NCBI GenBank assembly: GCA_053919585.1
Contig: CM132786.1
Origin: Euprymna scolopes
Taxonomy: Eukaryota
DNA length: 64,000 nucleotides
Strand: one strand, 5' to 3'
Shown one piece after another: positions 52,801 through 64,000 of the stretch (the first letter of the stretch is position 1; each line of letters starts with the position of its first letter). The position numbers and the translations under genes were made by a program. The notes below the pieces were generated by a model. The model saw nothing but the letters and a program-made list of their open reading frames with translations, did no database searches and had not been told where the DNA came from.

Positions 52801-55800
52801 TTACGATACTATTTCCGTGAATTTTACGATACTATTTCCGTGAATTTTACGATACTATTTCCGTGAATTTTACGATACTATTTCCGTGAATTTTACGATA
52901 CTTTTTCTGCGATTTTTTCAATACTATTTCCGCGAATTTTACGATACTATTTCCTTAAATTTTACGATACTATGTCCGTGAATTTTACGATACTATTTCT
53001 GTGATTTTTTTAATACTATTTTCGCGAATTTTACGATACTATTTCCGTGAATTTTACGATACTATTTCCGTGAATTTTACGATACTATTTCCGTGAATTT
53101 TATAGTACTATTTCCGTGAACTTTACGATACTATTTCCGTGAATTTTACGATACTATTTCTGCGATTTTTTTCAATACTATTTCCGTGAATTTTACGATA
53201 CTATTTCCGTGAATTTTACGATACTATTTCTGCGATGTTTTCAATACGATTTCCGTGAATTTACGATACAATTTCCGTGAATTTTACGATACTATTTCCG
53301 TGAATTTTACGATACTATTTCCGTGAATTCTACGATACAATTTCTGCGATATATCAATAATATTTCTGTGAATTTTACGATACTATTTCCGTGAATTTTA
53401 CGATACTATTTCCGTGAATTTTACGATACTATTTCCGTGAATGTTACGATACTATTTCCGTGAATTTTACGATACTATTTCTGCGATTTTTTCAATACTA
53501 TTTCCGTGAATTTTACGATACTATTTCCGCGAATTAAACGATACTATTTCCGTGAATTTTACGATTCTATTTCCGTGAATTTTACGATACTATTTCCGTG
53601 AATTTTACGATACTATTTCCGTGAATTTTACGATACTATTTCCGTGAATTTTACGATACTATTTCTGCGATTTTTTTATATACTGTTTCCGCAAATTTTA
53701 CGATACTGTTTCCGTAAATTTTACGATACTATTTCCGTGAATGTTACGATACTATTTCCGTGAATTTTACGATACTATTTCCGCGAATTTTACGGTACTA
53801 TTTCCGTGAATTTTACGATAATATTTCTGCGATTTTTTAAATACTGTTTCCGTGAATTATACGATACTATTTCTGTGAATTTTACGATACTATTTCTGCG
53901 ATTTTTTCAATACTATTTCCGTGAATTTTACGATACTATTTCTGTGAATTTTACGATACTATTTCCGTGAATTTTACGATACTTTTTCCGTAAATTTTAC
54001 GATACTATACCCGTGAATTTTACGATACTATTTCCGCGAATTTTCAATACTATTTCACCGAATTTTACGATACTATTTCCGTGAATTTTACGATACTCTT
54101 TCCGTGAAGTTTACGATACTATTTCCGTGAATTTTACGATACTATTTCCGCGAATTTTACGATACTATTTCCGTGAATTTTACGATTCTATTTCCGTTAA
54201 TTTTACGATACTATTTCCGTGAATGTTACGATACTATTTCTGCGATTTTTTCAATAGTATTTCCGCGAATGTTACGATACTATTTCCGTGAATTTTACGA
54301 TTCTATTTCCGTGAAATTTACGATACTATTTCCGTGAATTTTACGATACTATTTCTGCGATTTTTTCAATACTATTTCCGTGAATTTTACGATACTATTT
54401 CCGTGAATTTTACGATACTATTTCTGCGATTTTTCACTACTATTTCCGTGAATTTTACGATACTATTTCCGTGAATTTTACGATACTATTTCCGTGAATT
54501 TTACGATACTATTTCCGTGAATTTTACGATACTATTTCCGTGAATTTTACGATACTATTTCTGCGATTTTTTCAATACTATTTCCGCGAATTTTACGATA
54601 CTATTTCCGTGACTTTTACGATACTATTTCCGTGAATTTTACGAAACTATTTCCGTGAATTTTACGATACTATTTCCGTGAATTTTACGATTCTATTTCC
54701 GTGAATTTTACGATACTGTGTCTGCGATTTTTTGAATACTATTTCCGCGAATTTTACGATACTATTTCCGTGAATTTTACGATACTATTTCCGTGAATGT
54801 TACGATACTATTTCCGTGAATGTTACGATACTATTTTCGTGAATTTTACGATACTATTTACGCGAATTTTACGATACTATTTCCGTGAATTTTACGATAC
54901 TATTTCCGTGAATGTTACGATACTATTTCTGCGATTTTTTCAATACTATTTCCGTGAATTTTACGATACTATTTCCGTGAATTTTACGATACTATTTCTG
55001 CGATTTTTTCAATACTATTTCCGTGAATTTTACGATACTATTTCCGTGAATTTTACGATACTATTTCCGTGAATTTTACGATACTATTTCCGTGAATTTT
55101 ACGATACTATTTCCGTGAATTTTACGATACTATTTCTGCGATTTTTTCAATACTTTTGCCGCGAATTTTACGATACTATTTCCGTGAATTTTACGATACT
55201 ATTTCCGTGAATGTTACGATACTATTTCCGTGAATTTTACGATACTATTTCTGCGATTTTTTCAATACGATTTCCATGAATTTTACGATACTATTTCTGC
55301 GATTGTTTCAATACTATTTCCGTGAATTTTACGATACTATTTCAGTGACTTTTACGATACTATTTCTGCGATTTTTTCAATACTATTTCCGTGAATTTTA
55401 CGATACTATTTCCGTGAATTTTACGATACTATTTCCGTGAATTTTACGATACTATTTCCGTGAATGTTACGATACTATTTCCGTGAATTTTACGATACTA
55501 TTTCCGCGAATTTTACGATACTATTTCCGTGCATTTACGATACTATTTCCGTGAATGTTACGATACTATTTCTGCGATTTTTTCAATACTATTTCACTGA
55601 ATTTTACGATACTATTTCCGTGAATTTTACGATTCTATTTCCGTGAATGTTACGATACTATTTCTGCGATTTTTTCAATACTATTTCCGTGAATGTTACG
55701 ATACTATTTCCGTGAATTTTACGATACTATTTCTGCGATTTTTTCAATACTATTTAAGCGAATTTTACGATACTATTTCCGTGAATTTTACGATACTATT

Positions 55801-58800
55801 TCCGTGTATGTTACGATACTATTTCCGTGAATGTTACGATTCTATTTCCGTGAATTTTACGATACTATTTCCGCGAATTTTACGATACTATTGCCGTGAA
55901 TTTTACGATACTATTTCCGTGAATGTTACGATACTATTTCTGCGATTTTTTCAATACTATTTCCGTGAATTTTACGATACTATTTCCGTGACTTTTACGA
56001 TACTATTTCCGTGAATGTTACGATACTATTTCTGCGATTTTTTCAATACTATTTCCGTGAATGTTACGATACTATTTCCGTGAATTTTACGATACTATTT
56101 CTGCGATTTTTTCAATACTATTTCCGTGAATTTTACGATACTATTTCCGTGAATTTTACGATACTATTTCTGCGATTCTTTCAATACTGTTTCCGTGAAT
56201 TTTACGATACTATTTCCGTGACTTTTACGATACTATTTCTGCGATTTTTTCAATACTATTTCCGTGAATTTTACGATACTATTTCCGTGAATTTAACGAT
56301 ACTATTTCCGTGAATTTTACGATACTATTTCCGTGAATTTTACGATACTATTTCCGTGAATTTTACGATATTATTTCCGTGAATTTTACGATACAATTTC
56401 CGTGAATTTTACGATACTATTTGTGCGATTTTTTCAATACTATTTTCGCGAATTTTACGATACTATTTCCGTGAATTTTACGATACTATTTCCGTGAATT
56501 TTACGATACTATTTCCGTGAATTTTACGATAGTATTTTCGTGAATTTTACGATACTATTTCCGTTAATTTTACGATACTATTTCTGCGATTTTTTCAATA
56601 CTTTTTCCGTGAATTTTACGATACTATTTCCGTGAATTTTACGATACTATTTCTGCGATTTTTTCAATACTATTTCCGTGAATGTTACGATACTATTTCC
56701 GTGAATTTTCGATACTATGTCCGTGAATTTTACGATACTATTTCCGTGACTTTTACGATACTATTTCCGTGAATTTTACGATACTATTTCTGCGATTTTT
56801 TCAATACTATTTCCGTGAATTTTACGATAGTATTTCCGTGAATGTTACGATACTATTTCTGCGATTTTTTCAATAATATTTCCGTGAATTTTACGATACT
56901 ATTTCCGTGAATTTTACGATACTATTTCCGTGAATTTTACGATACTATTTCCGAAGATTTTACGATACTATTTCCGTGAATTTTACGATAATATTTCTGC
57001 GATTTTTTAAAATACTATTTCCGTGAATTTTACGATAGTATTTTCGTGAATTTTACGATACTATGTCCGTGAATTTTACGATACTATTTCCGTGAATTTT
57101 ACGATACTATTTCCGTGAATTTTACGATACTATTTTTGCGATTTTTTCAATACTATTTCCGTGAATTTTACGATACTATTTTCGTGAATTTTACGATACT
57201 ATTTCCGTGAATTTTACGATACTATTTCCGTGAATGTTACGATACTATTTCCGTGAATTTTACGATACTATTTCTGCGATTTTTTCAATACAATTTCCGT
57301 GAATTTTACGATACTATTTCCTTAAATTTTACGATACTATTTCCGTGAATTTTACGATACTATTTCTGGTATGTTTTTAATACTATTTCCGCGAATTTTA
57401 CGATACTATTTCCGTGAATTTTACGATACTATTTCCGTGAATTTTACGATACTATTTCCGTGAATTTTATGTTACTATTTCCGTGAACTTTACTATACTA
57501 TTTCCGTGAATTTTACGATACTATTTCTGCGATTATTTTCAATACTATTTCCGTGAATTTTACGATACTATTTTCGTTAATTTTACGATACTATTTCTGC
57601 GATTTTTTCAATACGATTTCCGTGAATTTACGATACAATTTCCGTGAATTTTACGATACTATTTCCGTGAATTTTACGATACTATTTCCGTGAATTTTAC
57701 GATACAATTTCTGCGATTTTTTCAATAATATTTCCGTGAATTTTACGATACTATTTCCGTGAATTTTACGATACTATTTCCGTGAATTTTACGATACTAT
57801 TTCCGTGAATTTTACGATACTATTTCCGTGAATTTTACGATACTATTTCTGCGATTTTTTCAATACTATTTCCGTGAATTTTACGATACTATTTCCGTGA
57901 ATTTTACGATACTATTTCCGTGAATTTTACGATACTATTTCCGTGAATTTGACGATACTATTTCCGTGAATTTTACGATACTATTTCCGTGAATTTTACG
58001 ATACTTTTTCCGTGAATTTTACGATACTATTTCTGCGATTGTTTCAATACTATTTCCGCAAATTTTACGATACTGTTTCCGTAAATTTTACGATACTATT
58101 TCCGTGAATGTTACGATACTATTTCCGTGTATTTTACGATACTATTTCCGTGAATTTTACGATACTATTTCCGTGAATTTTACGATAATATTTCTGCGAT
58201 TTTTTAAATACTGTTTCCGTGAATTTTACGATACTATTTCCGTGAATATTACGATACTATTTCTGCGATTTTTTCAATACTATTTCCGTGAATTTTACGA
58301 TACTATTTCCGTGAATTTTACGATACTATGTCCGTCAATTTTACGATACTATTTCCGTGAATTTTACGATACTATTTCCGCGAATTTTTCAATACTATTT
58401 CACCGAATTTTACGATACTATTTCCGTGAATTTTACGATACTATTTCCGTGAATGTTACGATACTATTTCGTGAATTTTACGATACTATTTCCGCGAATT
58501 TTACGATACTATTTCCGTGAATTTTACGATACTGTTTCTGCGATTTTTTCAATACTATTTCCGTGAATTTTACGATACTATTTCCGTGAATTTTACGATA
58601 CTATTTCTGCGATTTTTTCAATACTATTTCCGTGAATTTTACGATACTATTTCCGTGAATTTTACGATACTATTTCTGCGATTTTTTCAATACTATTTCC
58701 GTGAATTTTACGATACTATTTCCGTGAATTTTACGATACTATTTCTGCGATTTTTTCAATACTATTTCCGTGAATTTTACGATACTAGTTCCGTAAATTT

Positions 58801-61800
58801 TACGATACTATTTCCGTGAATTTTACGATACTATTTCCGTGAATTTTACGATACTATTTCCGTGAATTTTACGATACTATTTCTGCGATGTTTTCAATAC
58901 TATTTTCGCGAATTTTATGATACTATTTCCGTTAATTTTACGATACTATTTCCGTGAATTTTACGATACTATTTCTGCGATTTTTTCAATACTATTTCCG
59001 TGAATTTTACGATACTATTTCCTTGACTTTTACGATACTATGTCTGCGATTTTTTCAATACTATTTCCGTGAATTTTACGATACTATTTCCGTGAATTTT
59101 ACGATACTATTTCCGTGAATGTTACGATACTATTTCCGTGAATTTTACGATACTATTTCTGCGATTTTTTCAATACAATTTCCGTGAATTTTACGATACT
59201 ATTTCCTTAAATTTTACGATACTATTTCCGTGAATTTTACGATACTATTTCTGGTATGTTTTTAATACTATTTCCGCGAATTTTACGATACTATTTCCGT
59301 GAATTTTACGATACTATTTCCGTGAATTTTACGATACTATTTCCGTGAATTTTATGTTACTATTTCCGTGAACTTTACTATACTATTACCGTGAATTTTC
59401 CGATACTATTTCTTCGATTATTTTCAATACTATTTCCGTGAATTTTACGATACTATTTTCGTGAATTTTACGATACTATTTCTGCGATTTTTTCAATACG
59501 ATTTCCGTGAATTTACGATACAATTTCCGTGAATTTTACGATACTATTTCCGTGAATTTTACGATACTATTTCCGTGAATTTTACGATACAATTTCTGCG
59601 ATTTTTTCAATAATATTTCCGTGAATTTTACGATACTATTTCCGTGAATTTTACGATACTATTTCCGTGAATTTTACGATACTATTTCCGTGAATTTTAC
59701 GATACTATTTCCGTGAATTTTACGATACTATTTCTGCGATTTTTTCAATACTATTTCCGTGAATTTTACGATACTATTTCCGCGAATTTTTCAATACTAT
59801 TTCCGTGAATTTTACGATACTATTTCCGTGAATTTTACGATACTATTTCCGTGAATTTTACGATACTATTTCCGTGAATTTTACGATACTTTTTCCGTGA
59901 ATTTTACGATACTATTTCTGCGATTGTTTCAATACTATTTCCGCAAATTTTACGATACTGTTTCCGTAAATTTTACGATACTATTTCCGTGAATGTTACG
60001 ATACTATTTCCGTGTATTTTACGATACTATTTCCGTGAATTTTACGATACTATTTCCGTGAATTTTACGATAATATTTCTGCGATTTTTTAAATACTGTT
60101 TCCGTGAATTTTACGATACTATTTCCGTGAATATTACGATACTATTTCTGCGATTTTTTCAATACTATTTCCGTGAATTTTACGATACTATTTCCGTGAA
60201 TTTTACGATACTATGTCCGTCAATTTTACGATACTATTTCCGTGAATTTTACGATACTATTTCCGCGAATTTTTCAATACTATTTCACCGAATTTTACGA
60301 TACTATTTCCGTGAATTTTACGATACTATTTCCGTGAATGTTACGATACTATTTCGTTAATTTTACGATACTATTTCCGCGAATTTTACGATACTATTTC
60401 CGTGAATTTTACGATACTGTTTCTGCGATTTTTTCAATACTATTTCCGTGAATTTTACGATACTATTTCCGTGAATTTTACGATACTATTTCCGTGAATT
60501 TTACGATTCTATTTCCGTGAATTTTACGATACTATTTCCGTGAATTTTACGATACTATTTCTGCGATTTTTTCAATACTATTTCCGTGAATTTTACGATA
60601 CTATTTCCGTGAATTTTACGATACTATTTCTGCGATTTTTTCAATACTATTTCCGTCAATTTTACGATACTAGTTCCGTGAATTTTACGATACTATTTCC
60701 GTGAATTTTACGATACTATTTCCGTGAATTTTACGATACTATTTCCGTGAATTTTACGATACTATTTCTGCGATGTTTTCAATACTATTTTCGCGAATTT
60801 TATGATACTATTTCCGTGAATTTTACGATACTATTTCCGTGAATTTTACGATACTATTTCTGCGATTTTTTCAATACTATTTCCGTGAATTTTACGATAC
60901 TATTTCCTTGACTTTTACGATACTATGTCTGCGATTTTTTCAATACTATTTCCGTGAATTTTACGATACTATTTCCGTGAATGTTACGATACTATTTCCG
61001 TGAATGTTACGATACTATTTCCGTGAATTTTACGATACTATTTCTGCGATTTTTTCAATACAATTTCCGTGAATTTTACGATACTATTTCCTTAAATTTT
61101 ACGATACTATTTCCGTGAATTTTACGATACTATTTCTGGTATGTTTTTAATACTATTTCCGCGAATTTTACGATACTATTTCCGTGAATTTTACGATACT
61201 ATTTCCGTGAATTTTACGATACTATTTCCGTGAATTTTATGTTACTATTTCCGTGAACTTTACGATACTATTTCCGTGAATTTTACGATACTATTTCTGC
61301 GATTATTTTCAATACTATTTCCGTGAATTTTACGATACTATTTCCGTGAATTTTACGATACTATTTCTGCGATTTTTTCAATACGATTTCCGTGAATTTA
61401 CGATACAATTTCCGTGAATTTTACGATACTATTTCCGTGAATTTTACGATACTATTTCCGTGAATTTTACGATACAATTTCTGCGATTTTTTCAATAATA
61501 TTTCCGTGAATTTTACGATACTATTTCCGTGAATTTTACGATACTATTTCCGTGAATTTTACGATACTATTTCCGTGAATTTTACGATACTATTTCCGTG
61601 AATTTGACGATACTATTTCCGTGAATTTTACGATACTATTTCCGTGAATTTTACGATACTTTTTCCGTGAATTTTACGATACTATTTCTGCGATTGTTTC
61701 AATACTTTTTCCGCAAATTTTACGATACTGTTTCCGTAAATTTTACGATACTATTTCCGTGAATGTTACGATACTATTTCCGTGTATTTTACGATACTAT

Positions 61801-64000
61801 TTCCGTGAATTTTACGATACTATTTCCGTGAATTTTACGATAATATTTCTGCGATTTTTTAAATACTGTTTCCGTGAATTTTACGATACTATTTCCGTGA
61901 ATATTACGATACTATTTCTGCGATTTTTTCAATACTATTTCCGTGAATTTTACGATACTATTTCCGTGAATTTTACGATACTATGTCCGTCAATTTTACG
62001 ATACTATTTCCGTGAATTTTACGATACTATTTCCGCGAATTTTTCAATACTATTTCACCGAATTTTACGATACTATTTCCGTGAATTTTACGATACTATT
62101 TCCGTGAATGTTACGATACTATTTCGTGAATTTTACGATACTATTTCCGCGAATTTTACGATACTATTTCCGTGAATTTTACGATACTGTTTCTGCGATT
62201 TTTTCAATACTATTTCCGTGAATGTAACGATACTATTTCCGTGAATTTTACGATACTATTTCCGTGAATTTTACGATTCTATTTCCGTGAATTTTACGAT
62301 ACTATTTCCGTGAATTTTACGATACTATTTGTGCGATTTTTTCAATACTATTTCCGTGAATTTTACGATACTATTTCCGTGAATTTTACGATACTATTTC
62401 TGCGATTTTTTCAATACTATTTCCGTGAATTTTACGATACTAGTTCCGTGAATTTTACGATACTATTTCCGTGAATTTTACGATACTACTTCCGTGAATT
62501 TTACGATACTATTTCCGTGAATTTTACGATACTATTTCTGCGATGTTTTCAATACTATTTTCGCGAATTTTATGATACTATTTCCGTGAATTTTACGATA
62601 CTATTTCCGTGAATTTTACGATACTATTTCTGCGATTTTTTCAATACTATTTCCGTGAATTTTACGATACTATTTCCTTGACTTTTACGATACTATGTCT
62701 GCGATTTTTTCAATACTATTTCCGTGAATTTTACGATACTATTTCCGTGAATTTTACGATACTATTTCCGTGAATGTTACGATACTATTTCCGTGAATTT
62801 TACGATACTATTTCTGCGATTTTTTCAATACAATTTCCGTGAATTTTACGATACTATTTCCTTAAATTTTACGATACTATTTCCGTGAATTTTACGATAC
62901 TATTTCTGGTATGTTTTTAATACTATTTCCGCGAATTTTACGATACTATTTCCGTGAATTTTACGATACTATTTCCGTGAATTTTACGATACTATTTCCG
63001 TGAATTTTATGTTACTATTTCCGTGAACTTTACGATACTATTTCCGTGAACTTTACGATACTATTTCTGCGATTATTTTCAATACTATTTCCGTGAATTT
63101 TACGATACTATTTCCGTGAATTTTACGATACTATTTCTGCGATTTTTTCAATACGATTTCCGTGAATTTACGATACAATTTCCGTGAATTTTACGATACT
63201 ATTTCCGTGAATTTTACGATACTATTTCCGTGAATTTTACGATACAATTTCTGCGATTTTTTCAATAATATTTCCGTGAATTTTACGATACTATTTCCGT
63301 GAATTTTACGATACTATTTCCGTGAATTTTACGATACTATTTCCGTGAATTTTACGATACTATTTCCGTGAATTTTACGATACTATTTCTGCGATTTTTT
63401 CAATACTATTTCCGTGAATTTTACGATACTATTTCCGCGAATTTTACGATACTATTTCCGTGAATTTTACGATACTATTTCCGTGAATTTGACGATACTA
63501 TTTCCGTGAATTTTACGATACTATTTCCGTGAATTTTACGATACTTTTTCCGTGAATTTTACGATACTATTTCTGCGATTGTTTCAATACTATTTCCGCA
63601 AATTTTACGATACTGTTTCCGTAAATTTTACGATACTATTTCCGTGAATGTTACGATACTATTTCCGTGTATTTTACGATACTATTTCCGTGAATTTTAC
63701 GATACTATTTCCGTGAATTTTACGATAATATTTCTGCGATTTTTTAAATACTGTTTCCGTGAATTTTACGATACTATTTCCGTGAATATTACGATACTAT
63801 TTCTGCGATGTTTTCAATACTATTTCCGTGAATTTTACGATACTATTTCCGTGAATTTTACGATACTATGTCCGTCAATTTTACGATACTATTTCCGTGA
63901 ATTTTACGATACTATTTCCGCGAATTTTTCAATACTATTTCACCGAATTTCACGATACTATTTCCGTGAATTTTACGATACTATTTCCGTGAATGTTACG
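31833..64000. repeat. 23-bp satellite DNA array (~1,400 monomers), continues past the window end
   Basis: Monomer A TTTCCGTGAATTTTACGATACTA interspersed with monomer B TTTCTGCGATTTTTTCAATACTA; head-to-tail, single orientation, no insertion noticed. Confidence 0.99.

Noticed and set aside
31833-64000. CRISPR array or coding repeats (ORFs such as NFTILFPRILRYYFREFYDTISV)
   Set aside because: No unique spacers, no cas genes, eukaryotic context; the ORFs are the 23-bp unit read through three frames wherever a TGA happens to be mutated.

Overview
AT-rich eukaryotic (probably invertebrate animal) heterochromatin-like DNA; I could not support any host protein-coding gene, RNA gene or CRISPR array. 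Bases 1-31.8 kb are a graveyard of decayed transposons: a piggyBac (PGBD3-like) right end, several mariner/Tc1/DD37D copies, CR1/L2-group and R4/Dong-like LINE pieces, a SINE, and a nested Tc1 carrying a mariner and a LINE. The same half holds a non-autonomous Gmr1-like LTR element whose gag N-terminus runs into an acidic D/E/N-rich tail, and a degenerate ~35-bp minisatellite. Bases ~31,833-64,000 are one uninterrupted 23-bp satellite (~1,400 monomers, TTTCCGTGAATTTTACGATACTA). It has a second monomer type spaced mostly every 3 or 6 units and layered higher-order duplications of 4,554, 1,769 and 1,885/1,770 bp. The best candidates for something undescribed are the satellite's two-monomer/higher-order architecture, the gag-acidic-tail LTR element, a MER85-like palindrome in the piggyBac end, and a fish/amphibian-type Tc1. 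Family assignments come from motif recognition, not database searches.
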